Below, piece by piece: positions 1 through 9,400 of a stretch of 20,000 nt of DNA; within the stretch, counting starts at the first letter, position 1, and each line of letters starts with the position of its first letter. A model generated the notes under the pieces. It saw only the letters and a list, made by a program, of their open reading frames with translations. It did no database searches and had not been told where the DNA came from. The DNA is taken from assembly GCA_021432655.1 (NCBI GenBank), contig MU271231.1, forward strand, positions 112,350 to 132,349, in the 5' to 3' direction. Made by a program: the position numbers and the translations under genes. The stretch is from Atractiella rhizophila (lineage: Eukaryota).

Positions 1-1009
1 GCCTTACTTATTTCATCAGTGCCATTAGTGGGCTGGAGCGGAACTAACCTCAGGCTTGGGTCTCAGTAGCAAACTTGCGGCCAGTCTGAACACGGAGTGC
101 CATCTCCACAAAGTTAGGTTCAGTGGAAGTCTGGTGTGCCACCTCTGTTTCGAATTCTGGAGCCTAGAAGAAGGAAAGCATACGTTGTGCTGAATCCTAT
201 AGTTGGGGGTACCGATTGATCCATTGTCGTGAGATGACGGGGGAGTTGTGAGGTACTCAGTGGTCAATGGGACTTCCAAGTTATGCAGGAGCCGCTTCCA
301 GAATAGGAAGGTATCGCCGCATTTGACCATTGTGTCTCACAAGTCCATTGGGATTTGAAGGGCTGAGTTATTGGCAGGAGTGACAGGATGATAATGAGAA
401 AGCTTGCCAACGTCGAACGCATCTCGGCATCCTCCCCATCTGCCGCCACTTGAATTGAGGTCCTTCGAATATGCTGTCATGCATGCTTTTCACTCCCATG
501 TTGCTCCGATTCCTTTCAACCTTCCAAAAACGGCGAATTTTTGTCCGTTTCTACCTTCCAATTCAAGGAGGTCTCCCAGATCACGCTCTTTCATTCATTA
601 TCTAACCAGGCTATTTTGCAGCTAGTCCACTCCACTGTTCGATCCAAAACCTGCTCCTTAACCCTCCAGCTTCAGAGCTCTTTGACTGAAGATTGCCATT
701 CGTGGATGTGAATAAAGATTAAGGCCACGAAGTGCACATCGAATAAGCGAACGATTGATGCGAAGGCCGCTTCTTCTCACTGTCATTGTAGATCGGTTCG
801 ACCGTTCAGTCAAATGGGCAAAGCTATTTGCAGCTGCCGTGCAAGCTGAGGAACGTGTCGTATTCTGCTATTCACGGTACAGAGGACTTCATTTGCATTT
901 TGGCGTGTGCAAATATGTAACGTGGATTAGAACCTTTGACTTTGTTCCTCGCCTTCTAACTTGCCACCTTCCCGTCTGTCAATTCCGGGACTCGGCTTCA
1001 CAATGATCA

Positions 1010-1790
1010 CGCAAAGTCGTGTTTTTATTCACGCTGTCAAAATCGGATTGTTCTATTGTACCAGTCGTCATCCCTTTCGAGATTAGTGGAAAACTCGCAC
1101 CGGAGGACAAGGAAGGAAGTGGGGATCACGCGAGATATCGAGAAGCAATAGGATGTTTGATGTACATCATGATTGCAACCCGTCCCAATATTGCTTTCGC
1201 TGTCACTCAAGTTGCACAGTTTAGTGAAAATCCTCTTCCGGACCATTGGCAAGCCGCAAAAAGACTATTTCGTTACCTTCGGGAACTAGCAATGCAAAAC
1301 TCACATACCAGACGGGGGTGAAAGACCTTGTTGCTATTCCGATTCCGATTTCGCTGCCAGCCACGATCGAAGGTCCTTTTCAGGAAAGCTCTTCACGCGC
1401 GCTGGATGAGCGGTAATTTGGAACAGTAAGAAACAATCTCTAGATACGTTGTCATCATCAACGGAGGCCGAATAAGTTGCATTGTCGTCAGCCGCAAGAC
1501 AACCTCATGGATCAGGAATCTCTTCAAGGATCTCCAAATCCCTCTCGCTTTTCCCATCACTATCTACGGCGACAACCTTTGTTCCATCAACTTGCCAACA
1601 ACCTCATCTTCAGACAACGAACCAAACATATTGATGTCCCATTCCACTATACATGCTAATGTGTCTCTAATCGAAAATCGAGCTTCAATACATGGATACG
1701 AAGGAACTTCCAGCAGATATCCTTACAAAGGAAGTAAGCAAGATGAAGTTGGAAGGAGCAATGAGTAAATTTGGGATGATGAATGAGTGA
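1010..1790 (+). mobile_element. Degenerate Ty1/copia LTR-retrotransposon pol fragment (RT C-terminus + RNase H)
   Basis: Translation across frameshifts and stops gives YREAIGCLMYIMIATRPNIAFAV...HWQAAKRLFRYL, YSDSDFA..DRRSFSG, WNSKKQS..SSTEAE*VA, IYGDN, RTKHIDVPFHY and PADILTK, ending at TGA 1788-1790. These are canonical copia RT/RNase H motifs. No gag, integrase or RT catalytic core is visible. Confidence 0.93.
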
Positions 1791-1812
1791 AAGATGCAAG
1801 AAATATGAATGT

Positions 1813-1826
1813 GAGGTGGAGTTTGA
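1813..1826 (+). other. Possible decayed polypurine tract and 3' LTR start of the copia relic
   Basis: GAGGTGGAG followed by TTTGA lies ~22 bp after the pol stop, where the copia PPT is expected. No second LTR is available for confirmation. Confidence 0.3.
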
Positions 1827-2189
1827 TGGACTTTTGCGCAGTCTCATTTCACTTTCTTCTTCTATTGCTTGATAATTGGCTCAAGGAATGGTGATGGGCT
1901 ACGGTGATATTTTCTCACAAATATGCAAGACCCCTGCAGTGCACCTCCCATCGCTTTTTTGGCTTGCATTTGCAGTGCTTACAGCTCCTTATCTCATCAA
2001 AGCTGACTAGCGCAGTAGCTCCTTAATTGCAGAAAGCAACCAACAATTTATCATTGTGTATCGAGGAGCAGTTCACAACGAAATCTCAACGAAACTAAAG
2101 ATAACCACATTGACCGGAAAGTGATCACAGCTTACTAAAACCATGAGTCATTGAGGAAACGGGGTTGCCTGTGGGAATGACGAAAATTA

Positions 2190-2680
2190 GGCATTTCAAA
2201 GTTGGAAAAAAGTTGGAAACGTGCCATCTTGGTTATGATCTTCCATTTCACGGAGAATTTCTGCCGTCCTCTTAACAATGTCACCATCAGGTAACGCTTC
2301 GGTGCTCTTCGGGTCAAGGAAAAAGGCTTTCAGATTGTCCCACGTCAATAGTCAGATTCTTCCACCCAGCATCCTCGGATAGACATAGACGCCTTCAGGA
2401 GCAATGGAGATGCTGGAGTTCCCTATTAAAGTATGTCAGCAGATGAACCATCATTCCAGGAGGCCAGACCTGCTTCCATTCTGTTCTGGTGGAGAGCTGG
2501 ATAATCGTGCTTTCGAGATATTTAGTGATATCCTTTCTCAGGTTTTCAATTTGGTTTGGTTAATGTGCTTGTGAACATTCGACGATATCCGTTTTATTGA
2601 CCGCTCGAGATGAAAAATGCATCTGGGAGGCGGTCTGTTTCGCTCGTTCAGCTCGTCCAGACGAGACAGGCTGTACAGCC
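2190..2680 (-). pseudogene. Decayed spliced gene fragment, product unknown
   Basis: Well-formed 47-nt intron on the minus strand (GTCTGG at 2469, GCTGAC branch, TAG at 2423). It is flanked by protein-like frames (NLRKDITKYLESTIIQL; LKAFFLDPKSTEALPDGDIVKRTAEILREME) broken by stops and frameshifts. Boundaries approximate. Confidence 0.3.
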
Positions 2681-2683
2681 GAG

Positions 2684-2750
2684 TCTCCTTCTCGCGCGAG
2701 TGAACTCTCCTCCTTCTCGCGCGAGTGAACTCTCCTCCCTCTCGCGCGCA
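2684..2750. repeat. 25-bp tandem repeat (~2.7 copies) with palindromic CTCGCGCGAG core
   Basis: Unit TCTCCTCCTTCTCGCGCGAGTGAAC; cores at 2691, 2716 and 2741 (the last is imperfect). Confidence 0.9.
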
Positions 2751-3102
2751 ACCCCTCACCCCCATTGCTAGAATCAACCTTGTTACTCGCGAATCAACTG
2801 TTCCTTGCGCGAATCAGCCTCTAATCCTCAAAATCTGTCCTCGCCTCTCTTCGGTAAAGACACTAATGTATCCCCAGCACCTACGACCCAACCTCATCCA
2901 ATAAACTCGTTATGCCCATCAGCCCAAACAGTAACCATCCACCATCATCCCTAAGTACCTATACTTTCCTTCCTTTCGTCTTCATCGTACCGAAGTAATC
3001 CTCGAAGCCAAAATACATCAATCCTTCAACCCTACCCAAGGAAGCGCCTTTCCGCCGTCCCAATATCCAATCAACCCCTTCCCTTACCTTAACCCATCAA
3101 TC

Positions 3103-3477
3103 ATGCCAACAAACCGATCTGACCACTCTCCTCCTGAATCCCTTTCTCCCACGAGACCTAACACACCCATCCAATCCTCACCGTCCATCAAACCAATCCC
3201 CGACAACATCCAACTCCCTGACGGTAGATGCCAATACCAGTCACCCCCTAGTACCAATACCGATTTCAACCCTCGTTCCCCTTCTCCAACCTCTCGTTCT
3301 AGCACCAAACCAACGCATGGTCCCATGCCCCTCAAAAGAGAGAAGGCAATCATCATTCGTGACCACGATCTCCTCCGGTCAAAGAAGGTACCTCTTACCG
3401 AGAATCTCCCCACGACGTCAAACCTGACGACTTTGCCTTTGCAAGAAACCACGACGAATGCACCTTCAAGTCCTTGA
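3103..3477 (+). CDS. Pro/Ser/Thr-rich hypothetical ORF or relic
   Basis: 124-aa ATG-initiated low-complexity ORF with no recognisable domain. Confidence 0.2.
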   Translation: MPTNRSDHSPPESLSPTRPNTPIQSSPSIKPIPDNIQLPDGRCQYQSPPSTNTDFNPRSPSPTSRSSTKPTHGPMPLKREKAIIIRDHDLLRSKKVPLTENLPTTSNLTTLPLQETTTNAPSSP

Positions 3478-3959
3478 GCGGAAATAGACCTCATTTTGTA
3501 ATCATCTGCTTCTAGTTGTGCAACAACAATCAGTCACACCATAGCTAGCCCTTTGAGGAGCACAGTATGGCAACATATTTGATGAAAGAGTTCAATCTAG
3601 GCCGACGAGCGCGCACGATACCCTAACACCGTGTACTCATATACCATTGTACCACGAGGCCACTGGAGAGCTCCTTGCAAAGACCTAACACCGTGCACCT
3701 TGCCTTATTCGCGTATAGTAGAACGAGAGTATTACAGAAAAAGAAATGCGAGGCAGAGAAGAAATGCATAGCAAATAATGGTGAATAAGGCGCGGTCAAA
3801 GACGATCGCTCCAGTTGGTAGAGCGCAATACAGTGTCGAAATGGTGGAGATGACTTCGTGGATGGAAGCGAGGAGGGTTTGAATATGGATGAAAACAGAA
3901 GGACCTGATCGATGTCGATTGTTCCTTTCGGATACATAAATCGAGTGGATTCTGCATTA

Positions 3960-4460
3960 TCCTTATATATAAAGCACGATGGGTTTTGACCATGACTCAC
4001 ACATGTACTTTTGAGCCCTTATATCACCGCCCACAACAGTCCTTTCAAAATTCTGAGCATCCTTATATATAACAAGTGTGTCAACGGCCTTCGTCCCTCA
4101 GGCCTCCCAACCCACTCGCAAGGGGCATGGCCCCTTGAACCCCACAGTGATCCAATCCTGTAAGCGTTCGAGTCCAGTACAAAACGCATTTTTCAACCCT
4201 TTCAGAATAAAATTTCCTTGCAGGTTCAGAAAGGGGCAAGCATATGGGATATGATGGTATAATACATTTCATTATATTGTGTATGGTGAGGGAGGTGTAA
4301 GGGCTCAAAAGTGCGTCTTATGACTCATGCCAAGAACTGATGAATCTTAAAGTATAGGATTAGAGTATAGGAAGCACGACGGGTTTTGACCATGACTCAC
4401 ACATGTACTTTTGAGCCCTTATATCACCGCCCACAACAGTCCTTTCAAAATTCTGAGCAT
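3960..4460 (+). repeat. Tandem duplication of the first 100 bp of the Helitron
   Basis: 3960-4059 equals 4060-4072 joined to 4373-4459, with one mismatch (T3980 vs C4380). The second copy is split by a 300-bp insertion. Confidence 0.95.
4073..4372 (-). mobile_element. 300-bp non-coding mini-Helitron nested in antisense orientation
   Basis: The minus strand begins TCCTATACTCTAATCCTATACTTT (4372) and ends with a GGCCT..AGGCC hairpin (4086-4104) plus GTTGACACACTTG (4073). Removing it restores the host sequence exactly, with no TSD. Its 3' ~70 bp aligns with 7925-7991 and it shares ACTTTTGAGCCCTTA with the host 5' region. Confidence 0.88.
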
Positions 4461-4693
4461 ACAGCAAGAATACGCGTGTCGGCGCCCTTCGAACCGTATA
4501 CAGCAAAGCCCATTTGAAAGACGAAAAAAAAATTGTTTTCCCCAACTGACTCATGTGACTTCTTGGTCCACAACAACCCCCTAAAAATTCTGAGCATACC
4601 ACCAGAATACGCGTGTCAGCGCCTTTCCAACCGTATACAATAAAGCTTATTTAAAGGACAAAAAATAGTTGTCTTCCATGACTGAGTCAAGTG
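4432..4693 (+). repeat. Diverged ~137-bp tandem repeat (2 copies) in the Helitron 5' region
   Basis: The block AAAATTCTGAGCATAC..AGAATACGCGTGTC.GCGCC.TTC.AACCGTATACA occurs at ~4447 and ~4584. Confidence 0.85.
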
Positions 4694-4759
4694 CACCGAC
4701 TTCGGCACTTTGACAAAAATTTCCTTACCTACTCAAATAAGGAAGCAAGGTACAGAGTT

Positions 4760-4850
4760 TGCGCGATGGTGTAGTTGGTGTATTGTTGGGTAGTTGAGTC
4801 TTGGCTGATTGGTGTTGGTGTAGGTTCGATTCTCAGTCATGTCACATTTT
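4760..4850 (+). ncRNA. Degenerate tRNA-derived sequence / Pol III promoter-like element inside the Helitron
   Basis: A-box TGGTGTAGTTGGT (4767-4779), B-box GGTTCGATTCT (4823-4833), partial acceptor-stem pairing (4760-4766 with 4837-4843) and TTTT at 4847-4850. The anticodon arm cannot be folded. Confidence 0.55.
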
Positions 4851-5158
4851 GTCACTGCCAAATCCTATTGTGTGCAAACTGCGTGCCCACAATTTCTAAT
4901 TTCTTCAGAGCTTTCTAAGAATTCTCTCATGTCATGCGCCAAAAACTGTTGTTTGCCAACTATGAGGGAAAGTGAGCAAGCATTCATGCAAGTGAAACAG
5001 TTTCTTTCACCACAAATATGCTTCCTAACATTCTACCATAGTATCCCTCAGCCTGTTAGCATCAAATCAGATCAAGCAAAAAAAGCATAGGTGTGTGGAC
5101 TCTGGCTTATTTATTCTTCACTTATATCATTTTGTTATGTGCAGCAAGCTACACTCTC

Positions 5159-7734
5159 ATGCCACGTGCAATTCAGAGAAATCAAACAAGAAATCGTGAG
5201 CGTCGATCCAAACGGCATCAATGTCTGCAGCAGGAGGCACTACTATACCAGGGTCGACCTGTAAGAGAGAGGCAACGCCCTGCACATTTTAATCCTACTC
5301 CACCTACTCCATCTCAACATGAGACAAGATCAACTAGGGCTCCACATCAGTGTCAGCGGCACCGTCAAAGCTCTTCGCTATCTATATCATCACGACCAGC
5401 TCGACGACATTGGAGACAGCATTCACCCTCCGCTGAGGAGTACAGTGAAGAAGAAACCCGATCATACCCATCCTCTCCTGATCCTGATGGTGTGGACAGT
5501 GATGAGGATAGGGCATTAATCCTGTTGTTGCGAGGCGAAATAAGGCAACATCACTATCCTGCATTCAACTACTCACCTGATATGGATCTTGAGCACACCA
5601 CCTCTCTACTTGGGGATTACTTTGTACACATTGCAAAGCCTTTCATTGGATGGAAGAGAAGATCGTTAACAGCCCACAACAAAATCCAAAGTTTGCATTG
5701 TGCTTCTCCACAGCAAGGTGCTGCTACCTGTTCCTCCGCCTCCACCTGAAGAGCTACAAAAGCTTTTTACACATGACAATACAACAGGTAAGTATTTCTA
5801 TTCAATTTTTTTGCATATACATATCTGAGAGGAACAATCATTATAGAGTCAATGGCATTTCGAGAGCATATCAGGATATTCAATAATGCTTTTGCATTTA
5901 CATCCTTAGGCGTCCGCCACGTATCAATTCCTGGACATGGTCCCTACTCCTTCAAAATTCAGGGAGAGCTGTGCCACCTTATTGGCACTCTTTTACCACA
6001 ACAAGAAGGGTGTGAAACATTTGCACAGGTCTACATTACAGATTCAGCTGTACAGACTGAACGAAGAGTTGGCAACACTTCAATATCACTGAATCGTAGG
6101 ACGCTTGAAGACCTTCAGGCTATGCTCTTCCATGTCAACCCATATCCCAGGATCTACAAATTTGTAAAAGAAAGAATGGAACAGGATCCCACTACAACAC
6201 TACATCTTCGCACAGTCACCCCACAAGATAGGGATCCAAGATGCTACAACATTCCTATAGCCAGTGAAGTTGCTGTAGTGAGGTAGGAGACAGTAACAGA
6301 GAAGAATATGGAGTGGCCAGAGATATTGTCATCCAGCTCAGGGCAACCAGGACTGGTAGCAACTTACAGCATGTGAATGAGCTCAACTCAAATTATCTTC
6401 CACTTCGTTTTCCTCTTCTGTTTCCATATGGGGACCAAGGATGGCATCCGCAGATTCTGTATCGAGACCTGCCTGCAGATCTTCCTCCTCGCGAGCGAGA
6501 GCACTTCAATGATGACGGCATGCAAGTTGGTAATTCTGGGGTTCGACAATGTGTCAAGCCAAATGGAGTTCTATTCTTACATGTCGCATCAACGAAATGA
6601 TATATTCTCACTCCCTCTCTAGGGTGGTCGGCTACTGCAAGAATTGGTAGTTGATGCTTATGCTCAAATTGAGGCAAATCGACTCCGCTATCTGCTGTTC
6701 AATCAAGTCTATTCTTCGAGCTGAGGTGTATCAAGGTGTTACGGATGCCCTTGCAGAAGGATTCTTTAGAAGATATCGGGAGGCGGACTATATTACCATC
6801 AAGTTTCACTGGCAGTCCATGTTCAATGAATCAGCTGTTCCAGGATGCAATGACTATAGTTGGTGCCAAAGGACCCCCAAATATCTTTACAACCTTCACT
6901 TGCAACCCACACTGGGCGGAGATCACGAAAGCCGTCCTACCAGGACAAAAACCAGAGGATCGACCAGATTTGGTTTCAAGGGTTTTTCGACTGAAGGCTC
7001 TGGAGTACATCAAGGATTTAGTGGTACGACAGATCTTTGGAACGGTTATCAGATATGTCTGGGTCATTGAATGTCAGAAAGATAGGTCTACCACATGCCC
7101 ACATCATGTGGATGGCAATCAACGATCACTTGATTCAGTGGTTCGAATCCATAGGAGATCGGGTATATTATAGTACAGATCAAATTATAGATGACAAGGG
7201 AGATCTCAGAAATCGCTTCTCTGTCGAGTACCTGAATACCCTGGAGATCTCTGTATACCCCTTCGCATTGTTTACACCTCAAGACCCGGTGCACCCATCA
7301 TCCTTCTGCGAAATCTCAATCCATCTGCTGGCCTGTGCAACGGCACGCGGCTCATTGTCACTCAGCTTCTCCGACGAGTCATCGAAGCAACCATCATTAC
7401 AGGAGGTACACACAGTGGCGAATCAGTTCTCATTCCTCGAATTGGCATTGACAGTGCAGTATCAAACCAGCTTCCTTTTCAATTCCGGTGCTTTCAATTC
7501 CCTGTGCGCTTAGCGTTTGCCTTAACTCTGAATAAAGTGCAAGGACAATCTGTTGGACATGTGGGTTTGTACTTAGAGTCTTCTCCTTTCTCTCATGGGC
7601 AGCTTTATGTTGGTCTTTCACGGGTTTCAAACGCAAACAATTTACGAGTATTGGTCAAAACAAAGCAAGGAGAAGAAAACAAGCAAACAGATAATGTAGT
7701 TTACAAGGTAGTGTTACAAGTACTCAATCACTGA
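5159..7734 (+). pseudogene. Helitron Rep/Pif1-helicase (RepHel) transposase pseudogene with internal deletion
   Basis: Rep-side motifs: CTHCKAFHWMEE..PKFALC, a 59-nt intron (5788-5846), FREHIRIFNNAFAFTSLG, PLRFPLLFPYGDQGW, VDAYAQIE..RL, ILPSSFTGSP, FTTFTCNPHW, DRPDLVSRVF and HUH motif GLPHAHI (7085-7105). These run directly into the Pif1 C-terminus: LLRNLNPSAGLCNGTRL, QFPVRLAFALTLNKVQGQS, FSHGQLYVGLSRV, NVVY. Multiple frameshifts and stops. Confidence 0.95.
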
Positions 7735-7767
7735 TCATCTCTCAGCATGTTCCTAACAGTATAGTCA

Positions 7768-7991
7768 AAAGCTGAAGTGGTTCTCCGAGGTACGAGGAGA
7801 CCACTCAGCTTTCATTGTTTTTTGAAGACAGTAGAGTACATATGGTGAGTCTGTGCTCGCCAAAGGCGAGGCCCCACGCAGTGGCTGCCAGAGGCGAGAG
7901 CTCCACGCAGTGGCCGCCGGAGGCTGGGGTCCAAGAGGCGAAGCCCCTGGCGGGGGGGGATGCCCGAGGGACGAGGGCACTGACACACTTG
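7768..7991 (+). repeat. GC-rich hairpin array at the Helitron 3' end
   Basis: Long bulged stem AAAGCTGAAGTGGTTCTCC/GGAGACCACTCAGCTTT (7768-7812); CTCGCC-AAA-GGCGAG (7856-7870); ~29-bp tandem units containing CCACGCAGTGG; stem at 7931-7950; terminal hairpin at 7961-7979. Confidence 0.85.
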
Positions 7992-8469
7992 TTTGCAAAT
8001 AAAGGGGAAAGGCTCGAGTGTTCGGTCGAGCGGAGTCGGGTGCGATGAAGACGCAAATGGTGGCGGCGATCCAACCGACAGAGCGCAGAGGAGCCAATAT
8101 CCATTTCGCTTGCATGGAAACGACAGCGCGTCCTATGGCATGAGTCAGAACGATGGTGGTGAGCATCAGGCGCGCAAATTGCAAGATCACAAGCGCAGGA
8201 TTTCGGCACAAGGGGGTGAAGCCCCTCGCCACCACGATCCAGTCAAGTGCCGCGTCGAGGGTATCTGCTTCGAAATCTTGGATAGCTCCTGTGAGATCAG
8301 GCAATTATAAGTAGTCAATATTTGATGGGTGAAAATTTGAGACCGTATCAAGTGAAATAACACACATAATCTTGATCATGTCCTATCGTTGCAGCATTGT
8401 ATCCAGGAATGTCAGAGTTCCTATCACACAAATAATAGCCAATGAACAGGACAAGTCATCAAGGGACAT

Positions 8470-9400
8470 AGACATACACTTCTCGTTCACACTTCTTTTG
8501 CTCTGCCTTGCTGATGGCAGTTCCTTCTTCATTATTCCGCTTCACCATGTCTACAATCTTGATTTGTCGAGCCAGCCTTTTGGACACCATGTTGATAGAC
8601 CGGTTTGCGGGAATGACAAAAGCTCTAGAGGTCTGCCTCCTTTTATCGAGGTTTTGGTTGGGAATCGACAGGTTGAGAAGGAGAGTGTTGGATTTTGCAG
8701 TCTAGTTTCGTGCCACTCAGTGGCAAAGTTCTTTAGTGTTCTGGAATGTTCTACTACTTTCTAGTTGCCACTGTTGTAAGCTATATAAACACATAGAATT
8801 CCATTTCCTGGTGCTCATGCGTTTGCAAGAGCTGAGCCAAACGTAACCAAGTTGTACTTAGCTCCGCTCCTCAGCCCGTCGATTTCCAACAGAGAGGCTG
8901 GGGTAACATTGTTGGAGAAGAATGTTCTGGAGGTCCAAGGACTGGGAATGGGTGGCAGAACGTTGTGGAGCTTCCAAGTAATGTTGTCAGGTCAGAACCT
9001 AATGGACTGTTGATGAAGGACTTACGAAGATGGGGTACACAAACTTTGGCGTGACGCACGTTCAAGCGACGATCTATAAGAACTATAATATCTTCACGTT
9101 GATCAGAAAGATGTTGATGAGTGTCATAAGTCCAGGAGTCCTTAGCTTTAACCTTGAAGCAGAAAAGAGGGTGTTCATCGTTAGGAGCAGCAAGCGAAGT
9201 CCCCTGGCACGTCATAGTCTCAAATCTGGAAATAACCGGATCTTGAAGAGGAATGGCGTCATCCAAAACTGCAGATAAATCTCCTAAGTGGAGCCGTTGT
9301 AGGAATTTAGATCGTTCAAGTTGAAATCTTCTTAGTTTGAGGTTTTGCTCAAATCGTGAGGCTGGTCCAGAAGCAGCTGTAGCAAGCTGTTAGTAACACT
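8470..9400 (-). pseudogene. Multi-exon hypothetical gene or relic
   Basis: Open frame from ~9377 (after a CTAAC..TACAG acceptor) to a GTAAGT donor near 9025 reads RFEQNLKLRRFQLERSKFLQRL..PLFCFKVKAKDSW... A further protein-like frame at 8480-8700 contains stops. No family recognised; boundaries approximate. Confidence 0.35.

Larger units (their letters stand above)
3960..7991 (+). mobile_element. Helitron (rolling-circle transposon), internally deleted and non-autonomous
   Basis: 5' end is A|TCCTTATATATAAAG at 3960. 3' end is the hairpin TGCCC-GAGGGACGA-GGGCA (7961-7979), an 8-nt spacer, then CTTG|T at 7988-7992. It sits between A3959 and T7992 with no TSD and contains Rep and Pif1 coding remnants. 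Confidence 0.9.

Noticed and set aside
2684..2750. CRISPR-like palindromic repeats
   Set aside because: The units are contiguous with no unique spacers, there are no cas genes, and the context is eukaryotic.
2946..2953. CATCCCTA resembling a hAT right TIR
   Set aside because: Only 8 bp, with no upstream partner and no subterminal repeats.
3084..3494. 136-aa minus-strand ORF
   Set aside because: Antisense shadow of a C-rich low-complexity plus-strand ORF.
3807..3826. tRNA D-arm-like CGCTCCAGTTGGTAGAGCG
   Set aside because: No T-arm/B-box or acceptor stem downstream; probably chance.
4337..4372. CTGATGA suggesting a hammerhead ribozyme
   Set aside because: No GAAA core after a stem II. The sequence is explained as the mini-Helitron 5' end on the minus strand.
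3972..4460. 89-bp direct repeats as LTRs of a TRIM
   Set aside because: No TG..CA ends, PBS, PPT or TSD. They are fully explained by a duplicated Helitron 5' end plus a 300-bp insertion.
7768..7823. Rho-independent terminator
   Set aside because: The hairpin and T-tract are real, but the DNA is fungal nuclear; kept only as a Helitron 3' structure.
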